Below are positions 1-8,549 of a stretch of 64,000 nucleotides of DNA, piece after piece. Both the position numbers and the translations under genes were made by a program. Every line of letters begins with the position of its first letter. Positions within the stretch are counted from its first letter, which is position 1. This DNA is from Acidimicrobiia bacterium (GTDB lineage: Bacteria; Actinomycetota; Acidimicrobiia; IMCC26256; PALSA-610), in the NCBI GenBank assembly GCA_038320885.1, contig JBBQER010000001.1, positions 65,931 through 129,930 on the forward strand. The letters are read 5' to 3'. The notes under the pieces were generated by a model. It was not told the DNA's origin, did no database searches, and saw only the letters and a list, made by a program, of their open reading frames with translations.

Positions 1-399
1 GCTTGCGAGGTCGACGCTGTCGGGGATCGTCTTCACGAGTGATCCCGCCCGGTCGTAGACCGTCATCGTGTGGCGATACATCATGTTCTGCGCGAACACG
101 AGCCCGCTGTCGGTCGCGACCACCGACTTCGGCGAGATGTCGCCGGTAACGGTCTTCACGAGCACGAGGGGGCGATCGACCGCCGGTTGCGCCGGGACGG
201 TGCTGGTCGTCGTCGACGAGGTGGAGGTGCTCGTAGGCGCCGTGTGCGAGGACGTCGGCGCCGAGCGTCGGGCGGGATGCGTTCGTACGGTGCGTGGGTG
301 CGAGCTCGATCCGCGCGCCTGTATCCCGAAGACGATCGCGGCACCGACGATCGTGACGACGAAGAACACCAGGGCCGCTCGTCGTTGCACGATCGTCAT
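1..399 (-). CDS. Membrane-anchored hypothetical protein, C-terminal part lies outside the window
   Basis: Minus-strand frame is open to the window edge. ATG at 397-399 (rc). N-terminus MTIVQRRAALVFFVVTIVGAAIVFG is a TM anchor, followed by a Ser/Thr-rich linker and a beta-rich segment (VKTVTGDISPKSVVATDSGLVFAQNMMY). GC3 is high in this frame. It is absent from the ORF track because it runs off the edge. Confidence 0.5.
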   Translation of the reverse strand, partial: MTIVQRRAALVFFVVTIVGAAIVFGIQARGSSSHPRTVRTHPARRSAPTSSHTAPTSTSTSSTTTSTVPAQPAVDRPLVLVKTVTGDISPKSVVATDSGLVFAQNMMYRHTMTVYDRAGSLVKTIPDSVDLAS

Positions 400-437
400 T
401 GTCGCAGGCCGACTGTCGCCGGCCGACTCATCCGTCC

Positions 438-463
438 GGGGAGAGCGCCAACGCGCCCTCCCC
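438..463 (-). terminator. Candidate stem-loop terminator downstream of the FN3-repeat gene
   Basis: GGGGAGAGCGC-caac-GCGCCCTCCCC forms an 11-bp stem with one mismatch and a 4-nt loop, about 42 nt past the stop at 505. There is no U-tract. Confidence 0.3.
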
Positions 464-504
464 GTCGCAATCCTCGAGCGCGTGTTGCGCCCGGTTGCGC
501 CTTG

Positions 505-3500
505 CTAGTTCGTGATCCGGCCGGAAGCCGGCGAGCTCATCGACAACGAACCGAGCGCGTTCTTCGCGGTCACCACGAGACGGAGCCGGTGATTGAGGTC
601 GGCGTTACGAGTCGTGTAGGTGTGACCGACGGCGCCGGCGATGTTCACGCACGCCGTTCCCCCGGAGTTGCAGCGCTGCCACTGACGAGTGATCGTCGGC
701 GGCGGCCCTGCCCGCCAGGATCCGTCGTGGCCGAGCAGAACGTGGTGGTTGATCGACGAGCCGGTGATCGCGGGAGCGCCGTTGTTCTCGGGCGCGACAC
801 CCGGCAGCATCGACGCCGAGGCGGTGCTCTCGGAGCCGGCACCTTCGACGTTGCTGGCGTGGACCGTGCAGGTATACAGCTTCCCGTTGGTCAAGGGAGC
901 CATCACGAGGATCGGCGAGGTGGAACCGGTCTGGCTACCGGAGACGCCACCGTTCGACGAGACGCACGATGCGGTGTAGCCGGTGACTGCCGAGCCGCCG
1001 GTCGCCGGAGCCACGAACGCCACACTCAAGCTCTGGTTGCCACGGGTGAGCGTCGGGACTGCGGGAGCCGAGGGCGTCGTCGCGGGAACCGTCGACGCCG
1101 AAGCGGCCGATTCCGTGCTGTTGCCGACGGCGTTGGTCAGGTGCGCGGTGCACGTGTAGGTCTTGCCGTTGGTCAACGCGGTGACCACGACCGGCGATGC
1201 CGAGCCCGTGTTCGTGCCGGTTGCACCACCGTCGCTCGACGTGCAGGTCGGGGTGTAACCCGTGACGACACTGCCACCCGTGCTCGAGACCGTGATCGCC
1301 ACCGAGATCGAACCATTGCCGTGCGTCAGCGTCGGCGCCACCGGTGCGGTCGGCACGGTAGCGGGAACCGCCGATGCCGAAGCGGTCGACGCCAGTCCGT
1401 TGCCCACCGCGTTCGTCGCGAGCACGGTGCAGTTGTAGGTCTTGCCGTTCGTCAACGTCGACACGACGATCGGCGAGGTGGCGCCGGAGTTGGAACCGGT
1501 CGCGCCGCCGTCACTCGACGTGCAGGACGCGGTGTAACCCGTGATGGCGGATCCACCGTTGGCCGGAGCGACGAACGCGACCGAGATCTGCGCGTTGCCG
1601 CGTGTCAGGGTCGGTGCCGCAGGCGCAGTCGGGACGGTCGCAGGAACTGCGGATCCCGAAGCGGCAGATGCGGTGCCGTTGCCGGCCACGTTGGTAGCGA
1701 ACACCGTGCAGGTGTAGGTCTTGCCGTTCGTCAACGTCGACACGACGATCGGCGAGCTGGCACCCGTGTTGGAACCGGTCGCACCGCCGTCACTCGACGT
1801 GCAGGTCGCGGTGTAACTGGTGATGGCGGATCCACCATTGCTCCCGGGAGCGACGAACGCGACCGAGATCGAAGCGTTCCCATGGGTCAGTGTCGGCGCG
1901 GCCGGAGTTCCCGGCACGGTTGCCGGCACGGTGGCGTCGGAGGCGACCGATGCGTCGCCGCTGCCCACGCTGTTCGTGGCGAGCACGGTGCAGGTGTACG
2001 TCTTGCCGTTGTCGAGGCCGGTGACCACAATCGGCGAGCTTCCGCCCGAGAGCGACCCGGGAACGCCGCCGTCACTCGAGTTGCAGTTCGCGCTGTAGCC
2101 GGTGATCGCCGCGCCACCGTTGTCGGGGGCGACGAAGGCCACCGAGATCTGCCCGTTGCCCGACGTCGTGACCGGCTTGGCCGGAGGGTCGGGAATGGTT
2201 GCGGGAACGACAGTTGCATTCGACGGAACCGACTCTGCGGAGTCACCGACGACGTTGGTCGCGTGGACGGTGCAGGTGTACGTCTTGCTCTTGGTGAGCG
2301 ACTGCACCGAGATCGGCGAGCTGGCGCCCGTGTTGGTACCGGCGGCGCCGCCGTCGCTCGACGTGCAGGTCGCGGTGTAGCCGGTGATGGGATTGCCACC
2401 GTTGGCGGGCGCCACGAACGTGACCGTGATGTGGGTTGCCGCGGCAGCCGTCGTCGGCTTGGCCGGTGCGACGGGAACCGTGCTCGGCACGGCGGACGCC
2501 GACGCGGCAGACTCGCCGCTACTCCCGACGCTGTTCGTGGCGTGGACGGTGCAGGTGTAGGTCTTGCCGTTCGTCAACGTCGACACGACGATCGGCGACG
2601 TGGCGCCGCCGTTGGAACCGGTCGCACCGCCGTCGCTCGACGTGCAGGTCGCGGTGTAGCCCGTGATCGCGCTGCCGCCGTCACTCGTGGGAGCGACGAA
2701 CGCGACCGAGATCGAGCCGTTGCCGCTGGTCAGGGTCGGTTGGGCAGGAACGCCGGGGACGATGGCCGGAATCGTTGCGCTCGCGGACGCCACCGACTCC
2801 GTGCTGTTGCCTTCGGCGTTGGTCGCGTTGACGGTGCACGTGTAGGACTTGCCGAGTGAAAGGGCGGTCACGCCGATCGGCGAGCTCGCACCGGCGTTGT
2901 TGCCGGCGGTTCCGCCGTTGCTCGACGTGCAGGTCGCGGTGTAGCCGGTGATGGCGCTGCCGCCATTGGCGGGCGCGACGAACGTCACGGTCATCGTCGT
3001 ACCGCTGGGTGCGATCGTCGGCTGGGCCGGCGTGCTCGGGACCGTCGCAGGAATGGTCGACGCCGAAGCGACGGAGTTGGAACCGCTCCCTTCGGCATTG
3101 TCCGCGTGCACGACGCACGTGTAGGTCTTCCCGTTGGTCAGCGCCGAGACGACGATCGGCGACGTGGCGCCGGTGTTCGTTCCGGCCGTTCCGCCGTCGC
3201 TCGACGTGCAGGTAGTCGAGTAGCCGGTGATCGTGCTGCCACCGTTGCTCGCGGGTGCTGCGAACGCCACCGAGATCGATGCGTTGCCGTGCGTCAACGT
3301 GGGCTGGGCGGGGGTGCCCGGCGTGGTCGCGGGAACGGTGGCGGCCGAAGCGACCGACGCGTTGCCGGCACCGTTCACGTTCGACGCGAACACGGTGCAC
3401 GTGTAGGTCGTGCCGTTGGTGAGAGCCGACGCGACGATCGGTGACGTGGCACCGGTGTTCGAACCGGTCGTTCCGCCGTCGCTCGACGTGCAGGTGGCCG

Positions 3501-4851
3501 TGTAGCCGGTGATCGCGCTGCCGCCATCACTGGAGGGTGCGCCGAACGCGACCGAGATCGTCGCGTTGCCGTGGGTCACGGTCGGTTGCGCCGGCGCGCT
3601 CGGCACGAGGCCGGGCACCGCGGACGCCGACGCGGGCGACGCCGCGCTGTTGCCTTCGCCGTTGGTCGCGAAAACGGTGCAGGTGTAGGTCTTGGAGTTG
3701 GTCAGGCCGGTGACGACGATCGGCGACGTTCCGCCGGCGTTGTTCCCGGATGTGCCACCGTCGCTCGACGTGCACGCCGCGGTGTAACCCGTGATCGTGC
3801 TGCCGCCGTTGGCGGGGGCGACGAATGCGACCGAGATCTGACCGTCACCGCGGGTCACGGTCGGCTGGGCGGGCGTGGAGGGTGTCGTGGCCGGAACCGT
3901 CGACGCCGAAGCTGCCGATTCGAGGCTGTTGCCGATCGCGTTCGTGCCGTGGACGGTGCAGGTGTAGGTCTTGCCGTTGGTCAAGGTCGACACGAGCATC
4001 GGCGAGGCGGCACCGGAGGTCGATCCGGCGGCACCGCCGTCGCTCGACGTACAAGTCGCGGTGTAGCCGGTGACCAGCGAGCCGCCGTCGCTCGCCGAGG
4101 CGGTGAAGGTCACCGTGATGTTGGCGTTGCCGTGCACCACCGTGGGCTGCGCGGGCGTGCTCGGCACCGTCGCAGGAACTACCGGTGACGACGCTGGGCT
4201 CTGGGGCGAGTTTCCCTCGGCGTTCGTCGCGAGGACCTTGCAGGTGTAGGTCTTGCCGTTCGTCAACGTCGATACGACGATTGGAGAGGACGCGCCGGAG
4301 TTCGAACCCGCAGCACCACCGTTGCTCGAAGTGCACGAAGCAGTGAATCCGGTGATCGCGCTGCCGTTGTCGCTGCCCGAAACAAACGCGACCGAGATCG
4401 ACGCATTGCCGGAAGTGACAGTCGGCTTCAAGGTTGTGTCGGGAATAGACGCGGGCACGGTCGACGCCGAGGCGACCGAGTTTGCGCCGGTGCCGTTCGA
4501 GTTCGTCGCGTTCACCGTGCACGTGTACGTCTTGCCGTTGTCGAGCGCCGACACCAGGATCGGCGATGCCAACGCGCTGTTCGTCCCGGCGGCGCCACCA
4601 TTGGAGGAGACACAGGAGGTGGTATAGAACAAGATCGCGCTGCCGTTGGCGGCAGGCGGGACGAACGCCACCGAGATGGAGCCGTCGCCGTGCGTGACGC
4701 TCGGCTGCGCGGGAGCGGAGGGTTCGCCGACGGCGAACGCAGTGCCCGGGAGGAACAGCACGATCAGCGCTGTCGTCACAGTGATCGCGAACGTGCGGAA
4801 CGCGAGGCGTTTCGACGCGCGTCGCGACGCAGCAGAAAGAACGAAGGACAT
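505..4851 (-). CDS. Secreted giant repeat protein: signal peptide, 14 tandem FN3-like modules and a distinct C-terminal module
   Basis: ORF 505..4911. Preferred ATG is at 4849-4851 with GGAG 8 nt upstream. Signal peptide MSFVLSAASRRASKRLAFRTFAITVTTALIVLFLPGTAFA. Fourteen ~94-aa modules each end ...NGKTYTCTV.ATN..G and contain two conserved Cys. Confidence 0.85.
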   Translation of the reverse strand: MSFVLSAASRRASKRLAFRTFAITVTTALIVLFLPGTAFAVGEPSAPAQPSVTHGDGSISVAFVPPAANGSAILFYTTSCVSSNGGAAGTNSALASPILVSALDNGKTYTCTVNATNSNGTGANSVASASTVPASIPDTTLKPTVTSGNASISVAFVSGSDNGSAITGFTASCTSSNGGAAGSNSGASSPIVVSTLTNGKTYTCKVLATNAEGNSPQSPASSPVVPATVPSTPAQPTVVHGNANITVTFTASASDGGSLVTGYTATCTSSDGGAAGSTSGAASPMLVSTLTNGKTYTCTVHGTNAIGNSLESAASASTVPATTPSTPAQPTVTRGDGQISVAFVAPANGGSTITGYTAACTSSDGGTSGNNAGGTSPIVVTGLTNSKTYTCTVFATNGEGNSAASPASASAVPGLVPSAPAQPTVTHGNATISVAFGAPSSDGGSAITGYTATCTSSDGGTTGSNTGATSPIVASALTNGTTYTCTVFASNVNGAGNASVASAATVPATTPGTPAQPTLTHGNASISVAFAAPASNGGSTITGYSTTCTSSDGGTAGTNTGATSPIVVSALTNGKTYTCVVHADNAEGSGSNSVASASTIPATVPSTPAQPTIAPSGTTMTVTFVAPANGGSAITGYTATCTSSNGGTAGNNAGASSPIGVTALSLGKSYTCTVNATNAEGNSTESVASASATIPAIVPGVPAQPTLTSGNGSISVAFVAPTSDGGSAITGYTATCTSSDGGATGSNGGATSPIVVSTLTNGKTYTCTVHATNSVGSSGESAASASAVPSTVPVAPAKPTTAAAATHITVTFVAPANGGNPITGYTATCTSSDGGAAGTNTGASSPISVQSLTKSKTYTCTVHATNVVGDSAESVPSNATVVPATIPDPPAKPVTTSGNGQISVAFVAPDNGGAAITGYSANCNSSDGGVPGSLSGGSSPIVVTGLDNGKTYTCTVLATNSVGSGDASVASDATVPATVPGTPAAPTLTHGNASISVAFVAPGSNGGSAITSYTATCTSSDGGATGSNTGASSPIVVSTLTNGKTYTCTVFATNVAGNGTASAASGSAVPATVPTAPAAPTLTRGNAQISVAFVAPANGGSAITGYTASCTSSDGGATGSNSGATSPIVVSTLTNGKTYNCTVLATNAVGNGLASTASASAVPATVPTAPVAPTLTHGNGSISVAITVSSTGGSVVTGYTPTCTSSDGGATGTNTGSASPVVVTALTNGKTYTCTAHLTNAVGNSTESAASASTVPATTPSAPAVPTLTRGNQSLSVAFVAPATGGSAVTGYTASCVSSNGGVSGSQTGSTSPILVMAPLTNGKLYTCTVHASNVEGAGSESTASASMLPGVAPENNGAPAITGSSINHHVLLGHDGSWRAGPPPTITRQWQRCNSGGTACVNIAGAVGHTYTTRNADLNHRLRLVVTAKNALGSLSMSSPASGRITN

Positions 4852-4978
4852 CGGCAAGTCTCCAAAGCATTCGAAGACGGCTCCGCGCGGCACGGCGGAA
4901 CCGGAAATCACACTTCGTATGCTCTTGCCCGATATCAGAGTTTTATCACTAGAAATACTGAAAGTTGTTTTTGCCCGA

Positions 4979-5292
4979 TTAGCCGGAAGGCACGGTGATC
5001 TGGACCTTGATGCTGGCGGTGGGCGAGCCGTTCCGGCTCATGGTCTGGCCGGTGAAGACTGACGTGATGGAGGTGCCGGCCGTGTCGGTCTCGGTCACCG
5101 TCACTTTGCGGGTGCCGGCGGTGGCGTAGACGTGCTGGTCGTCGGGGTGGTCGTCGTCGCGGTGGTGCCGTCACCGAAGCGCCACCCGTACTTGGTGATC
5201 GGAGCCCCGGGCGCGAGTGATGCGGAGGCGGTGCGAGGGCGGCGAACGGCGGTTGAAGGTGCGACGACTCCGGAGTGAGAGATCACCCTCAC
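4979..5292 (-). pseudogene. PKD-domain protein remnant, N-terminally truncated and frameshifted
   Basis: One frame reads ...ASASLAPGAPITKYGWRFGDGTTA. The neighbouring frame reads DDHPDDQHVYATAGTRKVTVTETDTAGTSI...IKVQITVPSG-stop (TAA, rc of 4979-4981). Only about 20 nt separate the upstream end from the tRNA. Confidence 0.6.
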
Positions 5293-5311
5293 CGTGTGAC
5301 CTGGACTCCCA

Positions 5312-5387
5312 TGGAGCCGGAGAGGAGACTCGAACTCCTGGCCTGCTCATTACGAGTGAGCTGCTCTACCGTCTGAGCTACTCCGGC
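5312..5387 (-). tRNA. tRNA-Thr (anticodon CGU)
   Basis: 76-nt cloverleaf read by hand. Acceptor stem GCCGGAG/CTCCGGC, D stem GCTC/GAGC, anticodon stem GCTCA/TGAGC with loop CTCGTAA, T arm AGGAG-TTCGAGT-CTCCT, and an encoded CCA. Confidence 0.93.
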
Positions 5388-5445
5388 GACGGAGGCGACA
5401 GCATAACGGCCGGGTCCGGTGGGCCCTCCGCTCTCGGTGCGGCGT

Positions 5446-6534
5446 TCATCTCGGGCGCGCCGGCGGCAGCGACAGCAAGAGGTGCGTGAGCCGCACCAGG
5501 CCCTTTTCGTTGATCAGGATCGCTTCACGCGCTTCGCGACATGCATCGAGCGCGGCTGCGGACGAGCGCGGCGCGAGCACGATTCGCGGCCGGTCCTGGT
5601 TGAGCGGTGGCGCGGCATCGGCGAGCGCATCGCGGTACACCGTCTCGAACGCGGTGACGCCTTCGAGCAGGAGATCGATCCGGGTCCGCCGCACCTCGCG
5701 CTGGTGACGCTTCTCGATCCGGCCGCGGAGCATCCGGGCGTCGCGGTCGGCATACCCGAGCCGCTCCAACTCGGCGTCGAACTCCCGCAGCTCGGCTTCG
5801 TGGCGACCAGTGACCGCGTCGGCGGCCTGGTCGACCGCCGCGCCGAGCTCCTCGGCCAGGGCGAAGGCCGTCGCGCCGGTCCCGTCGACGCGAGTCGGCG
5901 CGCCCGCGAAGGCGGCTCGCAACGGGCCCAGGGACCCGACCAGCGTGCGGGCCCGGGCCAGCTGGCCACCCGCCAACGCGGCCGCGGTCGACGCGAGCTC
6001 GGCCGGCGTTCCCTCCCGTTCGAGCGCGGCGCGCAGCGCCTCGTCGCCGACCGGATCGAAGTCGATGCGCTGGCAGCGCGACCGGATCGTGGGCAGCAGA
6101 TCGTCGGCAACCGCGGTGACGAGCATGACGATGGTGCGGGGCGGCGGCTCTTCGATGGTCTTGAGCATCGCGTTGGCCGACTCGTTCTGATTGCCGCGCA
6201 GCCGCTCGGCCTCGAAGAGGATCAAGACCCGACGCTCGGCTTCGATCGGTGCTCGGGCCGCTTCGGGGAGGATCGAGTCACGCACGTCTTCCTTCACGCG
6301 GTACGACGGGCCGCCCGGGGCGAACTCCACGACATCGGGGTGGACGCCCCGCTGCACGAGCCGGAGCCCGCGCTCGTCGTCGCCGACGCCGATCAGCAGC
6401 GCGGCGAAGTCGCGTGCCGCGTCTTCGACGCCCGACCCGCGCGGACCGACCAGGAGATACGCATGCGACGGTCGCTCGGTCGCGCGGCGCAACGTCTCGA
6501 CCGCACGCTCCTGACCCACCAGATCGACTAACAC
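5446..6534 (-). CDS. holB: DNA polymerase III subunit delta'
   Basis: N-terminus LVGQERAVETLRRA...HAYLLVGPRGSGVEDAARDFAALL shows an AAA+ clamp-loader pattern. GTG start at 6534, 9 nt after the tmk stop. Confidence 0.85.
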   Translation of the reverse strand: MLVDLVGQERAVETLRRATERPSHAYLLVGPRGSGVEDAARDFAALLIGVGDDERGLRLVQRGVHPDVVEFAPGGPSYRVKEDVRDSILPEAARAPIEAERRVLILFEAERLRGNQNESANAMLKTIEEPPPRTIVMLVTAVADDLLPTIRSRCQRIDFDPVGDEALRAALEREGTPAELASTAAALAGGQLARARTLVGSLGPLRAAFAGAPTRVDGTGATAFALAEELGAAVDQAADAVTGRHEAELREFDAELERLGYADRDARMLRGRIEKRHQREVRRTRIDLLLEGVTAFETVYRDALADAAPPLNQDRPRIVLAPRSSAAALDACREAREAILINEKGLVRLTHLLLSLPPARPR

Positions 6535-6543
6535 GCGCTCACT

Positions 6544-7146
6544 CTACGATCCGAGATGCGGCGCGACGGCGGCCCAGACCCGGTCGGCGACCTCGGCCGG
6601 TGAACCACTGGCGTCGACGATCACCCATCCCCGTTCGGGTGCGAGCTCGCGGTACGCGGCGCGAACACGGGTGTGGAAGTCGGCGCCTGCCCGTTCGAAG
6701 CGGTCACGGTCACCCGAGAGGCGGCTTTCGGCCACATCATCGGGAAGATCGAGAACGACGACGACGGCGGGGTCGACACCGGCGGTGACCGCCCGGCTCC
6801 TCGCCTCCACGTTCTCCACCCCGAGTCCGCGCGCGACGCCTTGATAGGCGAGTGTCGAAGGCGTGAAGCGATCACACACCACAACGATCCCCCTCGCCAG
6901 ATTCGGCGCGATTCGCTCGTCGACGTGGATACGTCGATCTTCGAGCATCAGGTCGAGCTCTTCGTCGGGATCGAGGTCACGGGAATCGTGCAGCAACCGC
7001 TCCCGGAGCGCCGCTCCCTTTTGCGTCCCACCGGGCTCGCGCGTCTTGTCGACGACGCGGCCGGCCGCCCGCAGTCTCTCGACGAGGAGATCGACCTGCG
7101 TGCTCTTGCCGACCCCTTCGCCGCCCTCGACGACGATGAACGTCAT
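6544..7146 (-). CDS. tmk: Thymidylate kinase
   Basis: MTFIVVEGGEGVGKSTQ P-loop and DRF motif, 200 aa. ATG at 7144-7146 forms an ATGA overlap with the upstream MFS gene. Only this C-terminal third of track ORF 6544..8457 is credible. Confidence 0.92.
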   Translation of the reverse strand: MTFIVVEGGEGVGKSTQVDLLVERLRAAGRVVDKTREPGGTQKGAALRERLLHDSRDLDPDEELDLMLEDRRIHVDERIAPNLARGIVVVCDRFTPSTLAYQGVARGLGVENVEARSRAVTAGVDPAVVVVLDLPDDVAESRLSGDRDRFERAGADFHTRVRAAYRELAPERGWVIVDASGSPAEVADRVWAAVAPHLGS

Positions 7147-8522
7147 CCCGATTCCGGCGGCGGCGGGCGGCGCATGCGGCGCTGGGCGGCGAAGCCCGAG
7201 AGCACGGTCACACCGCCCCCGAGCCAGAGCGCGAGGCGTACTCCCGGAAGCCCGAAGTGAAAGGACCCGATACGCGCGCGGCCATTGACTGCGTGCTCCG
7301 AGATCGCGTTGAGCGCAGCCGCGACGAACGGTGCGACCGTCAAAGACAAGAGCAGGCACACGCGCACGATCGTGTACAGCGTCGCGAACGTGCGGCCGCG
7401 CATGTCGTCGGACACGCTCTCCTGGAGCATCGTGAACCCGGTGACGTATGCGCATCCGGCCCCCGCGCCCAGCACGGCAACGAGCAGGAACGCGGGTCCC
7501 AACGACGACATCGACGCGACCGCGATGATCGAGATTCCGGTCGCCACCACCGCCGTCGTGAACACGAGTTGTCGAGGCAAGCGGCGCTGGAGCCAGAGCA
7601 ACGTGACGACACCGACCGCCGCGCCGACGCCGAGCGCCGTCATCAGGAGACCGAACGCCGACGGACCGCCCTTCAGCACTTCGGTGGCGACGGTCGGACC
7701 GAGCGGCACGATCGCGCCGCCACCGATCAACCCGCCGGCGAGACCGATCATGACGCCGCGCACGAGCGGTTCCGAACGTATGAACCGCAGCCCGTCCTTG
7801 ATGTCGCGCCACGTTTGCGCGGGCGGAACGTGAGGCCGCGTGCTCCGTTCGGTTTCGGGCAGCCGCAAGCGGGAGATCAGCAACGCCGACAGCAGGAACG
7901 ACGTGCCGTCGAGCCAGATCGCAAGCGACTCCCGATTGCCGGCGAGCGATGCAAGGGCGGAGAACCCGCCGAGCCAATGGGCGATCGCGGCCAGTACCGC
8001 GAACAGGATCGCGCCGAGCGGGAAGGTGCCGAACGAGGCGACGAGCCCCAGCGAGTTCGCCGCGGCCAGGTGTTCGGGCTCCTTCACGATGTTGGGGACA
8101 CTCGCATCCTTCGCCGGACCCCACAGCAGCGTGAGCATCTCGATCACGAACGAGAGGATCACCAAGCCCCAGATGTTCTCCCAGAACGGCAACACCGCCA
8201 GCAACCCGGCGCGTCCGAGGTCGCAGGTGACCATCACCGCCTTGCGGTTCCACCGGTCGATGAGCGCGCCGCCTACCGGCGCGAAAAGGAAACCGGGAAG
8301 CATCCGGGCGATCATGACGAACCCGACGGCCGTCGCCGAGTTCGACACGCGTCCGGCGATGGCGATGATCGCGAAGAGACCGGTCCAGTCCCCGAGGCTC
8401 GAGATGAACTGCGCGCCGAACAGCGGGAGGAAGCCCGGAACGCGGAACACGCGCCACGGCGCGGGAGGAATCGGGTCGCGGTCGGGGGCCGGAGGGATGA
8501 ACGGCGCTTGCGGTTCGCTCAC
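7143..8522 (-). CDS. MFS transporter
   Basis: 459 aa with about 12 hydrophobic segments. N-terminal FRVPGFLPLFGAQFISSLGDW and the ALIDRWNRK loop are typical of MFS_3-type exporters. Confidence 0.85.
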   Translation of the reverse strand: MSEPQAPFIPPAPDRDPIPPAPWRVFRVPGFLPLFGAQFISSLGDWTGLFAIIAIAGRVSNSATAVGFVMIARMLPGFLFAPVGGALIDRWNRKAVMVTCDLGRAGLLAVLPFWENIWGLVILSFVIEMLTLLWGPAKDASVPNIVKEPEHLAAANSLGLVASFGTFPLGAILFAVLAAIAHWLGGFSALASLAGNRESLAIWLDGTSFLLSALLISRLRLPETERSTRPHVPPAQTWRDIKDGLRFIRSEPLVRGVMIGLAGGLIGGGAIVPLGPTVATEVLKGGPSAFGLLMTALGVGAAVGVVTLLWLQRRLPRQLVFTTAVVATGISIIAVASMSSLGPAFLLVAVLGAGAGCAYVTGFTMLQESVSDDMRGRTFATLYTIVRVCLLLSLTVAPFVAAALNAISEHAVNGRARIGSFHFGLPGVRLALWLGGGVTVLSGFAAQRRMRRPPPPESG

Positions 8523-8549
8523 GCGCCCCTCAAGGTAGTCGGGCCCTTG

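Noticed and set aside
70-2859. 929-aa plus-strand ORF (also 68..508 and the phased 92-aa ORFs at 689-979, 1820-2098, 2102-2380 and 2663-2845)
   Set aside because: It is antisense to the FN3-repeat gene. The product is Arg/Gly/Asp-rich and low-complexity with no motifs, and its openness is a by-product of high GC and the 282-bp coding repeat on the other strand.
505-4851. Possibility that the regular ~282-bp DNA periodicity is a CRISPR array or satellite
   Set aside because: The repeat units are contiguous with no unique spacers. They are in-frame and encode a conserved protein module, so this is a coding tandem repeat.
5292-5445. Integrase, att site or mobile element next to tRNA-Thr
   Set aside because: There is no integrase or transposase ORF in any frame, and I found no repeat of the tRNA 3' end in the window. 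Only the gene remnant and the short 9-bp direct repeats are present, and these are reported as a finding rather than as a mobile element.
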